Source: Pseudomonas aeruginosa
GTDB lineage: Bacteria; Pseudomonadota; Gammaproteobacteria; Pseudomonadales; Pseudomonadaceae
Assembly (NCBI RefSeq): GCF_001457615.1
Contig: NZ_LN831024.1
Location: 1,740,001-1,772,000 of the forward strand
Direction of reading: 5' to 3'
Length of the DNA: 32,000 bases
Shown: piece after piece, positions 30,720 through 32,000 of the stretch
How positions within the stretch are numbered: position 1 is the first letter of the stretch
How the letters are laid out: every line of letters begins with the position of its first letter
Notes under the pieces: generated by a model
What the model was told of the DNA's origin: nothing
Databases searched by the model: none
What the model saw: the letters and a program-made list of their open reading frames with translations, nothing else
Made by a program: the position numbers and the translations under genes

Positions 30720-32000
30720 ATGATTTCGAAAAGCAGAAGAAGCTTCATCCGCCTGGCCGCCGGTACGGTCGGCGCCACCGTCGCCACCAGCATGCTGCCG
30801 TCGAGCATCCAGGCGGCCCTGGCGATTCCCGCGCACCGCCGGCATGGCAACCTCAAGGACGTCGAGCACGTGGTGATCCTGATGCAGGAGAACCGCTCCT
30901 TCGACCACTATTTCGGCACCCTCAAGGGCGTCCGCGGCTTCGGCGACCGCATGGCGATCCCGCTGCCCGATGGCCAGCGGGTCTGGCACCAGAAGGGCAG
31001 CAAGGGCGAGATCCTGCCCTACCACTTCGACACCAGCACCACCAGCGCCCAGCGCGTCGACGGCACCCCGCACACCTGGCCGGACGCCCAGCAGGCCTGG
31101 AACGAAGGGCGCATGGACAAGTGGTTGCCGGCCAAGACCGAGCGTTCCCTGGGCTACTACAAGGAGCAGGACATCGCCTTCCAGTTCGCGATGGCCAACG
31201 CCTTCACCATCTGCGACGCCTATCACTGCTCGTTCCAGGGCGGCACCAACCCCAACCGGCTGTTCCTCTGGACCGGCACCAACGACCCGCTCGGCCAGCA
31301 CGGTGGTCCGGTAACCACCAACGACCACGACAGCAACGGCCCGGTGGAGCAGGGCTACACCTGGACCACCTATCCCGAGCGCCTGCAGGCTGCCGGCATC
31401 ACCTGGCGGGTCTACCAGGACATGGCCGACAACTTCTCCGACAACCCGCTGATCGGCTTCCGCCAGTACCGCGCCGCGGCGCCTGACTCGCCGCTGATCG
31501 TCAACGGCCTGAGCACCTGGAAGCTCGATGCGCTGAAGCGCGACGTGCTGGCCAACAGCCTGCCGCAGGTGTCCTGGATCGTCGCCCCGGCCAAGTACTC
31601 CGAACACCCCGGCCCGTCCAGCCCGATCTGGGGGGCCGAGTACACTTCCTGGGTACTCGACGCGCTGACCGCCAACCCGGAGGTCTGGAGCAAGACCGCG
31701 CTGCTGGTGATGTTCGACGAGAACGACGGCTTCTTCGACCACGTCGCCCCGCCGGCCGCGCCGAGCCTGAACAAGGACGGCACGCTGCGCGGCAAGACCA
31801 CCGCCGACGCCACCCTCGAATGGCACACCAAGGGCGATATCCGTTATCGCAACCAGCCCTACGGCCTCGGCCCGCGGGTGCCGATGTACGTGATCTCGCC
31901 GTGGAGCAAGGGCGGCTGGGTCAACTCCCAGGTGTTCGACCACACCTCGGTGATCCGCTTCCTGGAGCAGCGCTTCGGGGTCATGGAGCCGAATATCAGT
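30720..32000 (+). CDS. plcN: Non-hemolytic phospholipase C PlcN, 5' portion (3' end beyond the window)
   Basis: MISKSRRSFIRLAAGTVGATVATSMLPSSIQAALA is a twin-arginine (SRRxFI) signal. It is followed by the phosphoesterase-family motif HVVILMQENRSFDHYFGTLKGVRGFGD. The frame is open to nt 32000 (427 codons). Matches recalled PlcN (PA3319). Confidence 0.95.
   Translation, partial: MISKSRRSFIRLAAGTVGATVATSMLPSSIQAALAIPAHRRHGNLKDVEHVVILMQENRSFDHYFGTLKGVRGFGDRMAIPLPDGQRVWHQKGSKGEILPYHFDTSTTSAQRVDGTPHTWPDAQQAWNEGRMDKWLPAKTERSLGYYKEQDIAFQFAMANAFTICDAYHCSFQGGTNPNRLFLWTGTNDPLGQHGGPVTTNDHDSNGPVEQGYTWTTYPERLQAAGITWRVYQDMADNFSDNPLIGFRQYRAAAPDSPLIVNGLSTWKLDALKRDVLANSLPQVSWIVAPAKYSEHPGPSSPIWGAEYTSWVLDALTANPEVWSKTALLVMFDENDGFFDHVAPPAAPSLNKDGTLRGKTTADATLEWHTKGDIRYRNQPYGLGPRVPMYVISPWSKGGWVNSQVFDHTSVIRFLEQRFGVMEPNIS

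Noticed and set aside
30546-31943. 465-aa minus-strand ORF opposite plcN
   Set aside because: plcN on the plus strand has a Tat signal and phosphoesterase motifs. The minus-strand product is low-complexity (G/A/V/R/D-rich) with no motif.
1-32000. N-terminal extensions given by the ORF track for several genes (starts at 1679, 6331, 11325, 13515, 15208, 22994, 23284, 27231, 30041)
   Set aside because: The extensions are R/P/G-rich, overlap the upstream gene or promoter, and lack SD sequences. The internal ATG/GTG starts I chose have SD sequences or stop-start overlaps, and they begin at the conserved N-termini of the families.
1-32000. Mobile elements, CRISPR arrays, tRNA/rRNA genes, prophage or defence-island signatures
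   Set aside because: I saw no transposase, integrase or recombinase ORFs. I saw no regularly spaced repeats, no tRNA-like cloverleaf regions and no terminal inverted repeats. AT-rich patches are confined to short intergenic promoters and spacers.

Overview
High-GC gamma-proteobacterial chromosome. Protein sequences and gene order match my recollection of Pseudomonas aeruginosa PAO1 genes PA3342 down to PA3319, so the window is reverse-complemented relative to PA numbering. This identification is from memory and was not checked by any search. I call 24 CDSs. There are no rRNA or tRNA genes, CRISPR arrays, transposases, integrases or phage genes.

Layout:
- 2-7401: housekeeping and envelope genes. 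These are a partial hypothetical gene, a MarR regulator, a FimV-like LysM/TPR membrane protein, the type Vd patatin autotransporter plpD, a small Rdx/SelW-like CxxC protein, and rfaD/hldD.
- 7412-24009: the dominant system, a tightly coupled minus-strand biosynthetic operon. It encodes a bimodular NRPS (C-A-T-C-A-T-TE), a flavin monooxygenase, a free-standing condensation-like protein, an SDR, a P450, an NTF2-like protein, FabH2, an ACP, the SAM-dependent azetidine-2-carboxylate synthase AzeJ and an MFS exporter. It is divergently paired with clpP2 across a 481-bp region that carries two tandem CT-N12-AG lux-type boxes.
- 24352-29023: an uncharacterised MerR-associated operon (M24 pita-bread-fold protein, EphD-like epoxide-hydrolase/SDR fusion, PF10118-like metal hydrolase).
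- 29031-32000: a LysR/DUF606 divergent pair and the 5' part of Tat-dependent phospholipase C plcN.

The NRPS cluster is, to my knowledge, the already published quorum-sensing-regulated aze (azetidomonamide/azabicyclene) cluster, so it is not undescribed. The less-explained points I flag are:
- the clpP2 link to the cluster
- a non-canonical SDR active site (YxxxQ)
- the orphan condensation-like protein
- the duplicated lux-type boxes
- the neighbouring EphD-like operon
- the FimV paralogue

All long ORFs antisense to these genes are treated as high-GC shadow ORFs.
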